DNA of 64,000 nt, taken from assembly GCA_040357565.1 (NCBI GenBank), contig JBDODJ010000061.1, one strand, 5' to 3'. Shown here piece by piece: positions 14,513 through 30,901 of this stretch. Each line of letters begins with the position of its first letter. The stretch's first letter is position 1. The stretch is from Cercozoa sp. M6MM (Eukaryota > Protista > Endomyxa: Ascetosporea). The notes below the pieces were generated by a model. It searched no databases. It saw only the letters and a program-made list of their open reading frames with translations, and had not been told where the DNA came from. A program made the position numbers and the translations under genes.

Positions 14513-14883
14513 CAAACCAAGTCACGTCAAGTCAGATCAAAGTCAAATCAAGTGAAACAAGACACCAATGAAGTCGGCGAAAGTGTCATACTCGGCGTAG
14601 TCAATCACGAGTGCTGCTGCCTCTTGCAGTACCTAGATGCAGGCCCAACTACGATACACCCCAACGTATGTAGGAAGGAGGTACCCTTGGTACTTCGGCT
14701 ATAGTACGTGGGACATCGATGGCTTGGACCACCTCGCCTTCTGCAGTTCTGGTTGTTTGAATCGGTGGCAGTCAGTTAAACCTACTGCGTACCATAGAAT
14801 ATCCGACACAAGGAGGCATCGCCTGAGGGTAGACTCGGGTCGAAAGCAGACGCTGCCAGGGATACACACACATTACCTCGAAA

Positions 14884-14937
<54 letters not shown>

Positions 14938-14947
14938 NNNNNNNNNN

Positions 14948-14996
<49 letters not shown>

Positions 14997-15250
14997 GTAT
15001 CCACCTTGAGACACCTGGTTTCATAGCTTCGCGCGCCTCTTTGTCGTGGCGCAACGACGCGTTTATCAACTCGAGCTCCCTCTCATTCATACTGTCGAAT
15101 GGCAGGCATCCGCGCGGAATACTGCGTGCTATCCGCGCGTTTCTCCGCGTGGACCACCGCTTTGCCGTGGCCGGCAACAAAGCCACCAAGGCCAAGCCGA
15201 TGCCGCACACCAACACGTGCTAAAACGACACACACACGCACACACACACA

Positions 15251-15302
<52 letters not shown>

Positions 15303-15410
15303 ACGTGCCAGTGTACTCGATGCAGAGACAGCTGAAACACATACCGTCAGGGTGATGTTCTCCCAATCCGAAGCAACGGTATACTTGCCCCACAGCCACC
15401 ACAGCCACAT
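14166..15410 (-). CDS. Hypothetical multi-exon protein with an N-terminal hydrophobic segment
   Basis: Exons VLVCGIGLALVALLPA...ELELINASLRHDKEAREAMKP and NVWQRLKQAVL...ERAAVERY*. Introns carry TG repeats on the sense strand. Confidence 0.45.
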
Positions 15411-15567
15411 TAAGACGCAAACTAAAGATGTTGAAGCATTGTAGCGATCTAAGTTCCCGCAAAATCGTGCAGCAGCGCTGAGCCGACAGAGTCTAGAGTC
15501 GGAACATGAAAAAACGAGTTTTATCGCTACGTGGTGCACAAGCAAGAGTCTTACCACTCGCATACAC

Positions 15568-17309
15568 ATGTCGGAACGTCCAATGAAGCGACGGCGCACA
15601 AAGCACGGCGTGAAATCACGCAGTGCGGTTGATGCCGCAGCGCGCCCATCGCGCAAGACTGTAGCAACTGATTGGATCGTCCTGCAGACTGTAGGACATG
15701 TATGTTTAGGCCATCAAGGAGGACGACTCACAAAATTCAGTTCCCGTGCGGGGTGCGAAACAAACCGTCTCCATCGCGGTGAGTTGTTTCATGCATTATC
15801 GTCTTGCTGGGCTCTGCCCCCAGTGTACTGTATCTCTTGTGTACGCTGATAGGTCCCGGGCTCCTTCATCGCAAATGCGCAGTCGGCTGAGCTGAAGACT
15901 TACGTGGCCGGTCAGATCGCTCGTGCTGCTTGCATCTACCGTGCCGACGAGATCGTTGTGTTCAGGTAGAGCTGTGTAGAGTTGGTACCCTGTAGTACCC
16001 GTGTGTGTGTGTAGTGACGATGCCCAAGAGATCGACACGACGGGCCGTGTGCGTGGCGCATCGCAGAGCGAGCCAAACGCTTTCTTGGCGCGTGTTCTCG
16101 AGTTCCTGGAAACGCCGCAGTACCTGCGTCGTCACTTGTTCCCGATTGTAATGACCCTACCCTCATGTATGTACCTGTATCAGAATTCTGATGTTATTTT
16201 TGTTATTTGTAGCACCGCGACTTCAGTTGCGCTGGGCTGTTGAACCCTCTGGCAGCGCCGCACCACCTGCGACCGCAGGACATCAGCAAGTTCCGCGAGG
16301 GCGTCGTCGTTCGACATGATCGCACCACACAGGTACCATCCCTAGGCTTGTTGTGTCTCTGTGTTTGTACTGCACATCTTGGCGGTACAGGTGTCGCGGC
16401 CCACCGACACGCAAGAAGACGAGACGAGCGACCTTGTTTATGTCGGTTTGCGCAAGCTCGTGCAACTGCCGACGCAGCTTCCGTTCCCTATATTTATATA
16501 TATATATATATATGTATGTATATATATATATATATATATATAAATATGTTGGCACTTGTACAGAGTCGGCATGCGCGTGACAGTCCAACTGAAAAACCCA
16601 AAACAGGGACGCGAGCCTCGTCTTCCGCGCGGACGTCGTCCTCGTCCGTTCGATTTCACTGTGTGATAAGTGTGTCGGTATGTGATAAGTGTGCACAGAG
16701 GAGACGAATGAGCGACTGCAGGGCGTGCCCGTGTCAAGTCGCGAGCCACTGCGTCAACTCGGCACCTTCTGGGGCTACACGGTGCGCACTGCAGCCGGTC
16801 TCGGCGAAGCACTGCGCAAGTGTCCCTTCGACGACAACGGCGAGGTCGCCGATCAGGACAAAGGCGGTGTGTCTGTTCAGGTTTTCTGTTTCTGCGTGCG
16901 TGCAGTTTTTATTCCGGTGGGTAGGCAAGTACGACGTGCGTATTGGCACCTCCGAGCGAGGTGACAAGTGGCAGTGCGACAAAGGCGCTGCGGAGAACAA
17001 GATTCCCGCCGACTTTCGTCACTGCATCGTCGTGTTTGGCGGCGTCGACGGTCTTGAAACTGCCGTGCAGGGCGACGAGTCGACGCGCCTGTTCTGTGCT
17101 GGCTCTGGTGGCGACCCGCGACCTCTGTTCACGCATTACATCGACGCGTGTGCTGGACAGGTGCTTTAGTCTTTCAGTGTCTCAGAAAGTTGATCCTGCG
17201 TTGTCTAACTGAGCAGGGTTCGCTCACAATTCGTACCGAGGAGGCTTTGCTTGTGACGATGTCGATGCTGCACGGCGCGCTCAACCTTCAACCCGCCAAG
17301 TCTGTGTGA
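15568..17309 (+). CDS. SPOUT1: SPOUT-family RNA methyltransferase (C9orf114/CENP-32 type)
   Basis: Motifs TVSIA-VPGSFIANAQSAELKTYVAGQIARAACIYRADEIVVF, LARVLEFLETPQYLRRHLFP, GLLNPLAAPHHLR, GTFWGYTVR, IGTSERG, IVVFGG and GSLTIRTEEA. TGA at 17307-17309. Confidence 0.93.
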
Positions 17310-17518
17310 TCAATATCTGTCTACGAAACTAGTGTCCGCTACGGCTAGGTCAACTGTGGTTCTAGGTCGGGTTTCGCCTCCTCTTCACCTCTAGTTTTGT
17401 TGGAGTAAGTAGGCGTGTCCACACGTACAATGGATTGTTGCAGGGCAATGTCGTGTTTGTTTGCTGTACCACTAGACCATAAAATATACGATACGTTGGC
17501 TATGGTAGGCGCTAGCTA

Positions 17519-22394
<4,876 letters not shown>

Positions 22395-22795
22395 CCTATC
22401 AGCGCTCTGTTTGACCCCTTAAAACCTGCTTCGGGTGTAGTGGCTCCAGAAATCGAACCCTCATCTCCGCGTTTCTCCGAAAGACAACCCGCGTTTCTCA
22501 CACGTGAAACCAATACAAGAAAAAGAAGGCCGTTTAGAGTTGTAGTGCTCTTGAACAGTGTTATATTTATGCAAAAATGCAGGCACTACCACTAGTGACG
22601 CCCGAGTGCCCTGAACAGCACACCATTTTACAGGCCGAGCTCGCGGGTACAACATGGCGGGTGGGTTTTCGTGTCACATGACGTTTGTTTGTGTGCCTGC
22701 AGGGACAGTGGTCAGTGTTCAAGAGTACAGTCAGTTGTTGCGGCAGCTGCGTATCATTTGCGGAAAGGAAGGTGCAGTTGAACACCTTGTTTAAA

Positions 22796-23095
22796 ATGGG
22801 TTACTGTATGGGTTGCTTGTTTAGGAACGCCTGTTGAGTTCTCGCGAACGTTGTTCCAGCGACTGAACAGCTCGATTGTACTGTGTCCAATCTGACATAG
22901 TCAACTTGTTGCATATGCTGTTGTGTGGCTGCAGAACAATGGTGTGGACGTATTGCGAGTTGAGACAGCCGCCGGCTCGGACAGCAGCGAGCACTCACGC
23001 CTGCTGCTGTTCAGTCGTCCGCAGCAGCCAAAACAGACGTGCTTTCTCCTTATCTGTCATAAAGTAGGTCTAGTGTGTGTGTGTGTATATGTGTG

Positions 23096-23150
<55 letters not shown>

Positions 23151-23686
23151 TTCTTGCATTGTGAAATGACACAGCACGTCGCTGGTGAGAAGGTGCACCA
23201 GCAGTTTCGTGTCGTTGCCGCACGCAACCGTGACCACTTTGTTGGGCTTTACGTAGCTTTGCCTGTTCCCTTCATCTCCCTGTCCTCTGCGTATCTGGAT
23301 ACACTGAGCAATATAGTGCAAGTAAGAATCTGAGAATGCACGGTATGAGGTACCAAATCGCGTCAGGTGTGCACGTTGGTGTCTACCTGTGCGAACAGGA
23401 ACATGCGACTACAGGTGCCTTTCTTGGCCATTTGACCGGAGTGTGTTGTACGACTACTGCATTATCAGGAGTGCCCGCTGGCGTGCTTGAAGTCGTTGCA
23501 CAAGCTTCTTTGAACAAGACTGTGCAACAACAGGTGAATTGTCCTTTGTGCCGCCCTTATGGATTGTTCAACTGAAGAATGTTTGGACAGGCGACCCAAA
23601 CCACGCAGCTCGAGCAGCGTCTCCAAGCTGCTGCTGCCGCTCTACGTGACTGTGGCGTCTCTCTGTTTCGCCCGCCTGCGTACTAG
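22796..23686 (+). CDS. Small hypothetical multi-exon protein
   Basis: Short open exons with GT/AG borders ending QAAAAALRDCGVSLFRPPAY*. Start uncertain. Confidence 0.35.
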
Positions 23687-23821
23687 GTCTACCTCAATGA
23701 ATTCGGTCCATTAAATACTAGCTAAAGCCATTTCCCGTCCGAGTCGAGTAAATTTCGTTTTTTAGTCAACGCAACCAACACACCATCCTGATCAGCTGAC
23801 AGGCCCTGTTCCGTTTTCAAA

Positions 23822-24739
23822 ATGAAACACGACGGTAAGGAGCGCGTCAGCGCGACCGAAAACGTGACAGCTTTCAGTTTTGTTCGTTCAGTCGAGCTCG
23901 GACTTTTGTCCGGCGGCTTGACCTACATGGTGTTGGCGTGCGAATCGAAGTCAGACTTATGCTGTCAAACTAAACTGAAACTCCGATGCTACCGTTGTCA
24001 CGTCTCAGGTCGTATGGGAGTTGAATTGGAATCATTCGAATGTGCATCCCGATTCCTTTGCCACGTGGTCGCCGCGAGCGACAGCGGCGCCGAGAGCGCC
24101 GCGAACGCCGAAGAGCTCGAGAGCGAGACCGTAAAGGTGCCCAATCTTTTTTCACAGTTTCATGAAAAACGGATTCAGTCAGTTTTTGTAGGTCGTGGTG
24201 ACGGCGGTGACCTCAGCACGCTCAGTAGCTCCGAACGCACACAGCCTCGCCGTTTCTGTTGGGTCTGTTGTATACCACTGGATCTCTTCTGCAACGTGTG
24301 CTGAGTCAACCGGAGTTCCAGTCATTGGAAGTTGGCACTCGAAACAACTAAAACGATACGAACTCAACTGAAACCAACGCAGCTGGACTAAAAAGAAAAC
24401 TATACCTCAACTTGAAAGATTCCGTCAACGTCCTTTAATTAACGCAACTGACCAGTCAAGCCTCGACCTATAGATGCAGTAGCTGCAGCACGCAGTCCAG
24501 TCGACAGAAATGCTACCTCGGAACAGAAATCAACAATCGAATGCATGCGTGTTGCACTAGCGTCGCAGGGCGAACGCGCTCGCGACACTCTGGGTGCCAT
24601 GCGCCTCAAGCACGAGCAATGCGCGGCTAGTGTTCGCGCACAGTCGTGGCAAGTCAGCCATGTACTGGGTGATGAAATACTACTCGCAAGACTGTTTCTG
24701 GCGCGGGTCGCAGTCGTCGATCGGCGCAAGGTACTTTGA
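23822..24739 (+). CDS. Hypothetical multi-exon protein
   Basis: Open exons such as FLCHVVAASDSGAESAANAEELESETVK and MRVALASQGERARDTLG...RRKVL*. Converges on NDUFAF5. Confidence 0.35.
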
Positions 24740-24792
24740 TTAGGGATATTCGTACACCGAATCACCACTGTGGTACGGTTTCCGAGCGCTAG

Positions 24793-26506
24793 CTATTGCG
24801 GCTTCACGTTGTGCACACGCGCCTGTCCGAAGCGACTCAGATCGAGCGGGTCCTTGGAGTCCTTCTGCTCGCTCGGTGGACCGCGTTGATCGTCCTCCTG
24901 GCCCTCCTTCCTGCAACACACACAGTGCGTACAAATACAGAAGCGAGGCACACTGGAGACGAAGCGTGAAACCTTGTCTTCCACGCGATGAAATAGATCA
25001 CGTCAAATGTGGCAGGAATCACAGTTTGCTGTACTCGAGAAATGCAGTACTACATTGAAAAAGCACACACGTTAGAACAGAAGGTACCTCGCCCTGCTCC
25101 TGTCCGTACATGGCGTCGTAAATTGCACTCGCAGCAGCCATGGTGTCGATCGAGGCGTGTGCACCCAGTGCAGGTGCATGCTGCTCGCCCATGCCTGCAA
25201 GCAGTGACATGACAGCATGACAGCTGGCCCCAACACAGCACGTGTACCTTGCAAATGACGAGCGAGATGAGGCAAGTTCTCAAAGTGGGCCGTAAGCTAC
25301 CCAATAACAAAAGTATAGACCCCCCCGTAGAACACGCTAAAAGATTGCAGTGTGTACTGTTCGAGCGTCGACAGTGGGCGATCGGAACTTTGCTCGCTGC
25401 AGCAGGGATGCCACGTCCGACCCTACACGCATAATATATCAGACACTGACACAGTATATTGACATAAGAGGCACCTCTGGTAAGAGGCGACGTGTGGTTG
25501 CCCATGGCTCCCACGCGTTCCTCGTCCGCCAAAGCAAAGGCACTCCGCAGTTCGCTTAAAGTATTGCCACCTGTCCACAAAGCACATGATACAAGGCAAG
25601 AATATCATACAAATCTAGGTACCCAGCATGGCACCCAGCAGTGCCCCGCCTGGCCGCAGCACGCGAAACGCTTCGGCGAAAGCTTCAGGCAGCGCATTGA
25701 TCCTGTCAACAGAGAGATTAACAGAGGCATTACCAGAGGCAATCTCAATTAGCACGACAATTAAGCAGCGTGGTACCAATGGAGAGACAGATTGGATACG
25801 ACCAGATCGACACTTTCATCATTGAATGGAAGTGGGGCTTCCGGGTCAAACACCTGTCAGCGTGAGTTGAAGGTCACAACAGGTACATCAGTGGCACAGC
25901 AATACACTGGATACCACGCGTTCCGTCGTGACACCGCCTGGAAGTCGGTCGCCAATCAAGTGTGCATCTCTGTTCAGCATCTCCTCGCACTCTTCCAACT
26001 GCAGCGCGAGCAGCACCACATATCACAGTCAAACGCACAACGTGTGAGGCACACACCTGAGTGACATGTTGGATGCCTGCGAAACCGCGCGGACGAGTGT
26101 TCAACAACCGGAAGAAATTGCCTGAGGAAAGCAGGTTGTGTACATTAGAGTCAGCGGTTTAGCTTGAATACCGGCCCACGCTCCGTGATCAAGTACATGC
26201 GGAAACTGCCTATCTTCTTCCTGGGCAAAGCGAAGTGCACCAGAACCGTGCAAAGACAGAGCAACGCACCTTGATGTCCAAGAGTCGCTCCAACAGCTCG
26301 TCGCACACCTGCAAACAAAAGAAACTTGGCAAATACCGTGCCAAAACGAGGACTAAACGGCGACATACGCTGTCACGCAAGTATTCGAACTGATGCGCGT
26401 CTGGTGCAGTGGCCGCCAGTGCCTTTTGACGCTGTTTCAACGTGCGATCAAACACGGTGCTGGCGACACGACGTTGCGCTAGCAGCCTCTGAGAAACACG
26501 TTGCAT
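24793..26506 (-). CDS. NDUFAF5: Mitochondrial complex I assembly factor, SAM-dependent methyltransferase fold
   Basis: Arg-rich presequence, then VFDRTLKQRQK, FEYLRDS-VCDELLERLLDIK, LPFNDESVDLVVSNLSLHW, RVLRPGGALLGAMLG-GNTLSELRSAFALADEERVG, HLQGMGE and IPATFDVIYFIAWK. Confidence 0.93.
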
Positions 26507-26667
26507 AAGAGTGTAGTATCACACCTTAGCGCTAGCCGACAAGGCTAGATTATGCTGTTTCGAGTCGCTCTGTTCTTTGCTTGGCTACAGTACAATACTC
26601 GAAAATTGCACGCGATCGTGACTAATTAGATGCGCATGTGTGTGGTAATACAGGGTTTATTGATACA

Positions 26668-28770
26668 ATGAGGTGGCGTGGGCGTGGCGATGCGATTCTG
26701 CGCGAGATGGCGGAAACGCGCCGGGTGAGTCAGGCCGCCTGCCGCGAGCTGTTGCGACTCAGTGGTTCGTTGTATCGATTGTGCGTGTTTGACGCTATCA
26801 CACGTGCTTAACCACTTAACAGGTGCACCGGCTCCCTTGTGGCAAGACGGCGGCCAACGTGTCTGCGTTGCGCTCAGCGGCGGTGTGGACTCCACCATGA
26901 CTGCTCTGTTGGTACTTTGCGTTGTCACTTCGTTGACACTGGAGGGTCTCATGTGTCTGCAGTTGCAAGGCGCAGGTCACGAAGTGAGCGACGCCGTCTT
27001 CATGCAGAACTGGGACCCGGCTGACGAATCCGATGTCAATGCAAGGTACTTGGGGCACTCGTGGTGCTTATACCCCTTCACAGCGTGTTCTACAAAGACA
27101 GTGTCCCATCGAGCAAGAATGGCGAGATGCGCAACTGGTCGCTGAACATCTGGGCCTGCCTTCGCTTCGGTATTTTAGTTGCCCGGATGCTTTCCAAATC
27201 TTCGCTGATGCTGCTGTGCAGACGGGTCGAGTACGTCAGCGAGTACTGGCAGCGCGTGTTTGAACCTTTTTTGGAGCAGCTCGAGCTTGGCGTGTACCGC
27301 TGCCTGTGTTAATATGAAACCGATATCGTAAGCAAGGGATTTTGTTTGGGCAGATGCACACCGAATCCAGACGTGCTGTGCAACAGAGAGATCAAGTTTG
27401 ACACCTTCATGCAAGATGTGAGTCCTATGTGTACTCTGTTTTGTGCACTTTGTCTCAAGCAAGTGTTTCTAGGCACTCGGCGGCGGGGCCGACTTTGTGG
27501 CGACTGGTCACTATGCGCGCACTGTCGCGACTCCATCTGGGGTATCGTGTCCCTTCCGAGCCGTGCACTTGTGTAAGGTGCACTCCTTTGATAGAGCACA
27601 CTCGGCGCTGGCGATGACAGATGCAAGGACCAAAGTTACTTCCTCGCCATGAACCGTCCTAAGGTGACTTTATGTTAACACCTTGGCACATTAATGCATG
27701 TTTACTTTGACTGAATGCAGTGCTGGGAACGGACAGTGTTTCCGATGGGCGCTCTTTCGAAAGAAGCCGTGTACTTCTAGCTGTGGTTTGCACACATACT
27801 GTGGGACCGTGCATGAGTGTCTGCACAGACGCGAATGCGTAGAGGCGCTGGGACTCGGCTTTGTGATGGAAAAACGATCGTCACGTGGCATCTGTTTCAT
27901 CGGCAAGAGGCGGTATCTTTTTTTTTCTGTCTTTGTGTACTGTTGCATCAAGGCTACTGCTGTACTGTGTTGTCGGCGCAGATTTTCCGACTTCGCCAGC
28001 GGCTACATTGACACTGCGCAACGTCGCGGACCTGTCCTGTGTGGCGATACGTAGGTTGCACATACCTCGTGTGTTTGTACATACTGCCTCATGATGCTGT
28101 AGTGGCGAGCAGTTAAGCGAACATGCAGGACTTGCACTCACCACCATTGGTATCCTCCAGCCGCCCCATGTGCCGTTGACATGTACTGTTGACATTTACT
28201 GTTAACATGCAGGCCAACGTGTGTCGGTGCATGACTTACCGTGTCGCTACTACGCTGCCAAAAAGATCGGGGGTGACGTTAATGCTGTACACTGTCCTTT
28301 CTCCTCTCTGTTTTTCCCTTGAACTTGCTCTTTCGCAGATCGTGGCAGTAAAGAACCCGCAGCATCCTCTCATGTTTGCGCAAGAGGTGCACGTGGCACA
28401 TGTCGTTTGGCAGGTCACTCAGTTGCAACCGACTGCGCAAAGTCCACCCCTGGGATCAAAGTTCATGGCCCGTGCCAAGTTCCGGTACAACGAGTTCGGC
28501 ACGCCGGTCGAGTGCACAGTCGACTCGCCTGGCTCGCTCGTCGTTCGCGTGACCGGTGACGGTGCTCACGCTGTGACGCCTGGACAGGTGTGCTCACTCT
28601 ACGTCGACATCGACACGCTGGAGCGACTCTCCTGCGACACGAACGTCGCTCTCGACGGGGGGAACGACGTTCGCGGTGTCGACGAATTTGACGTTTGTGT
28701 CGCCGGAGGCATTATTGCCCGCACCTTGCGCGACGGCCAGATACTAAATGATGCTGGTTTCCTGGAATAG
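26668..28770 (+). CDS. TRMU: Mitochondrial tRNA-specific 2-thiouridylase (MnmA family)
   Basis: Hand-spliced in frame: VALSGGVDS, VFMQNWD, TPNPDVLCNREIKF, ATGHYAR, KDQSYFL, SRGICFIGKR, AVTPGQVCSLY. TAG at 28768-28770. Confidence 0.96.
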
Positions 28771-28780
28771 CAATGCAAAA

Positions 28781-30191
28781 ATGCTGTTATCTGACCTACC
28801 ACAGCTACGCAGTGGAATAAAAAAGACTGAAACAGTCCCAAACAATGAAAAAATCGTCCTCAAGTTTTTCACGGTGCATTGGCGCGTATATCAGAAGTAC
28901 TACAGTGCAAGAGCGTGGGGGATGTTTCGTATTGCGATCGGGCGCACGCGCATTGCGTGTCGCTTGAACTCGACGTTCCATAAGGTGCATTATTTTGTTA
29001 TCGATTGTGCTTGTCATCTGTGAGACAAGTACCCTTTCTTGTGAGCGTAGTTAATGACAATGGTGAAACTGGAGGAAAGTGGAAATCCACGACCTTTAAT
29101 CTCAGGATACGATGACTGCAAGACTGCCGTGTTGGGTCCTTTCACTGGTGCGGATAAGGACGAACCTGCTGATGACGAGAACATGAACGTCAACGAGTTG
29201 ACACAGCTGGCTGTTGCTGCGTGTCTCATGCGCGATTTAAAAACTGTTCGCACAGGTAACAAGAATTTATAAATCTACAGTCTGTGAGCATATCATATTT
29301 CCCTTTCTCAGTTTTGAAACTGCTGGGCAAACAAAAGTCATCTGCGTACTTAAGCGTTGCCACTTTCAATGCTCTCGCTGTGCAGCTCTGCTCAATTATC
29401 GAGGAGATGTACGTGCCTCCGTGTCTTCCTACTGCGTTGAGTCAATGTTTGTGGTGCTGAGTAGCGAGGATCCGGAAAGCACTCAGCTTGCCTCACTAGT
29501 GGAGTGTCTCCCGATGATGTGGAAAGCGATGTGTCTGCAGACGTTGTATCACCACATGGTACATTTTTGTGCTGTACTGTGCCTACTTTCTGACGTCCTG
29601 TAACTGCTGAACTGAGGACAGGGCACTATGCAACGCTATTCCACCCTGTATGCACTGACTGGGCGCCTGGTCCGTGCACAACAACACGCGTGTGAGGTGC
29701 TCTATGGCTCGGACAGAATCGATGAGCACATTCGTCTTTTGGTCCAGCATCACGTACATTGTCTTTATGCATCCAAGTGAGCTATTGACATGCGGCTTTG
29801 GCTTTCAAAGGAGACGAGCGTAACGGCGTTTTTGAACAATTCACCTTCGCTGTACTTGGCGTCACTGCATGCGCTGTGGAAGCCACTTCGGTTTGTGCAC
29901 GCCTTTGTCAACACAACCTGCTGTGCTCTCATACCTCTGATTCTTGGTTCGCAGATGGGCTTGGAAACAAACAGAATCTCGAGAATCGAGAGATCTGATC
30001 AGCAAACAGGTGTGCTCAACTGTCTTGAAATATGTGCGCTCACACTCCCACTCTGCGTACAGGCAAAATTTGTTCGCGTCGCAATGCGTCGTCGATACAA
30101 TCGAGATCAGCTGTATTCTGTCACCGCGTTACGGGACATCCGAACATTGACACGGCCTTGTCACCGCAGCCCTCCATCAGATAGGGATTAG
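28781..30191 (+). CDS. Hypothetical multi-exon protein
   Basis: Consecutive open exons, e.g. VNELTQLAVAACLMRDLK, TQLASLVECLPMMWKAM, FLNNSPSLYLASLHALWKPLR. Start uncertain. Confidence 0.4.
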
Positions 30192-30901
30192 GCCTTGGTA
30201 AATTGAGGGTACTTTGCCAGTGATACAAAAAAACTAAGGAACGAAAGAAAGTCTGTTCTTGGAGGGAGTGGCCAAGTGTCAGTTTGAAAGAGTGAGTTCC
30301 CCGTACAGTTGAGCGGCAAAGCACTGGTGGACGGGAATGACACCCGTCGGGTGTTGTTATTGGGTTGGCGTGAAGGAAAGAAGAGGAAAGGAGAGGAAAG
30401 AAGAAGGAAGAAGAAGGGCCTCTGTAAAGAAGGCAGGGACCGGTAGAAGCGGAGACAACTGGTCCTGGAGGGATCAGATTACCTGGTCTTTGAGTTCAGC
30501 TGCAAAAGCTTGCTCAAGGCTGTTCCACGGACTGAAGCTCTTAGTAGGTCAGGATCTAAGTTTAAACACACGGCAAAATCTTCCACACCCTCTCTTGAGG
30601 TATTTAGTAAGTCTTAAAGCGGCTGCCGCGCGGTTAGTAGATCGTGCTGTGGCAGCATCAGCGCAGGGCCAGGGGCCACCATTGTTGATTTCAAAGCACT
30701 GCAACACTCACGAAAGGTTGTGCATCACTGCAACCCCGCCCTTCCGATACCGCTGTTGTGCAACAGGCAAAAAACAAAATATGACACCCCCTTAATCAAT
30801 CTGAAGACTGCCCCCTGCCAGCCTGCGCGAGCACTGCACTCTACGCAATCCGGGCCATGAACGTGCCGAGTCGCGTAGGTAAGCGTAATCCGCAGGGCGC
30901 A

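Noticed and set aside
27290-27915. Apparent non-canonical splice sites in TRMU
   Set aside because: Resolved by choosing the second GT in GTGTAC-type junctions; all are GT-AG.
26668-28770. Alternative genetic code or stop readthrough suggested by fragmented ORFs
   Set aside because: The genes traced exon by exon (TRMU, ubiquitin, GCSH, the uS10-like gene, both ends of GluRS) splice cleanly under the standard code, and all three stops are used terminally.
28771-28781. Operon-like 10-bp spacing between the TRMU stop and the next ATG
   Set aside because: The downstream gene's start is not established and a later ATG is equally plausible.
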